From contig OZ176060.1 in the NCBI GenBank assembly GCA_964247055.1, positions 372,001-436,000 of the forward strand: a stretch of 64,000 nt of DNA, written 5' to 3'. Shown here one piece after another: positions 63,720-64,000 of this stretch; the stretch's first letter is position 1; each line of letters begins with the position of its first letter. The notes under the pieces are model-generated. The model saw only the letters and a program-made list of their open reading frames with translations, ran no database searches and was not told where the DNA came from. Source of the DNA: Paragordius varius. Taxonomy: Eukaryota > Animalia > Nematomorpha. The position numbers and the translations under genes were made by a program.

Positions 63720-64000
63720 GTTCAACTTTTTAAAAATAAGTCATTAAAGATTGTGTGGTGGAGTATATGGGAAAAATTGTCATTCAATGTTTTTTTGCAA
63801 AATAACCTAATATTACGCTGATAATGGTTAAAAGTGTATCTTGTTTTGATATTTATTATCAAAAATAAAACCGTTTTTATTGACTGGGAAAACGTTTTTA
63901 TTGACTGAGAAAACGTTTTTATTGACTGAGAAAACGTTTCGATTGACTGAGAAAACGTTTCGATTGACTGAGAAAACGTTTCGATTGACTGGGAAAACGT
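63720..64000 (+). repeat. Another arm of the 21-bp-array palindromic element, cut by the window end
   Basis: Matches 62510-62820; ATTGACTGAGAAAACGTTT units from about 63880. Confidence 0.85.

Noticed and set aside
61275-64000. CRISPR-like appearance of regular short repeats
   Set aside because: Units are head-to-tail with no unique spacers, there are no cas genes, and the context is eukaryotic.

Overview
Very AT-rich eukaryotic (animal-like) DNA with short GT-AG introns of about 22-60 nt; the organism cannot be identified from the sequence. No prokaryotic features, CRISPR arrays, rRNA or tRNA genes were seen. (1) The window is dominated by about 11 paralogous C2H2 zinc-finger loci plus about 5 partial remnants, on both strands. 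They use HEKIKHEC-type linkers, share an N-terminal domain, and carry a PLDLS (CtBP-type) motif. Only the copy at 41248-42138 looks intact. The copies were duplicated as multi-kb DNA segments together with their MITE insertions and a hidden spliced exon module present in 8 copies. (2) A decayed Utopia/NeSL-like non-LTR retrotransposon is joined to the 5' end of a U2 snRNA gene (22110-24227), with a second U2 + 5'UTR copy at 12035-12497. (3) RTE-clade LINEs include an intact 944-aa element head-to-head with a frameshifted element of another family, and a 5'-truncated copy with a twin-priming inversion. (4) DNA-transposon debris includes Tc1/mariner-type elements, a 2.15-kb foldback-like element, pogo-like and hAT-type MITEs, and palindromic elements carrying 21-bp minisatellites. 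(5) A candidate Sm-site small RNA lies at about 24221-24335. Most ORF-track entries are antisense shadows or chance AT-rich ORFs. Coordinates of degraded elements are approximate and read by eye.
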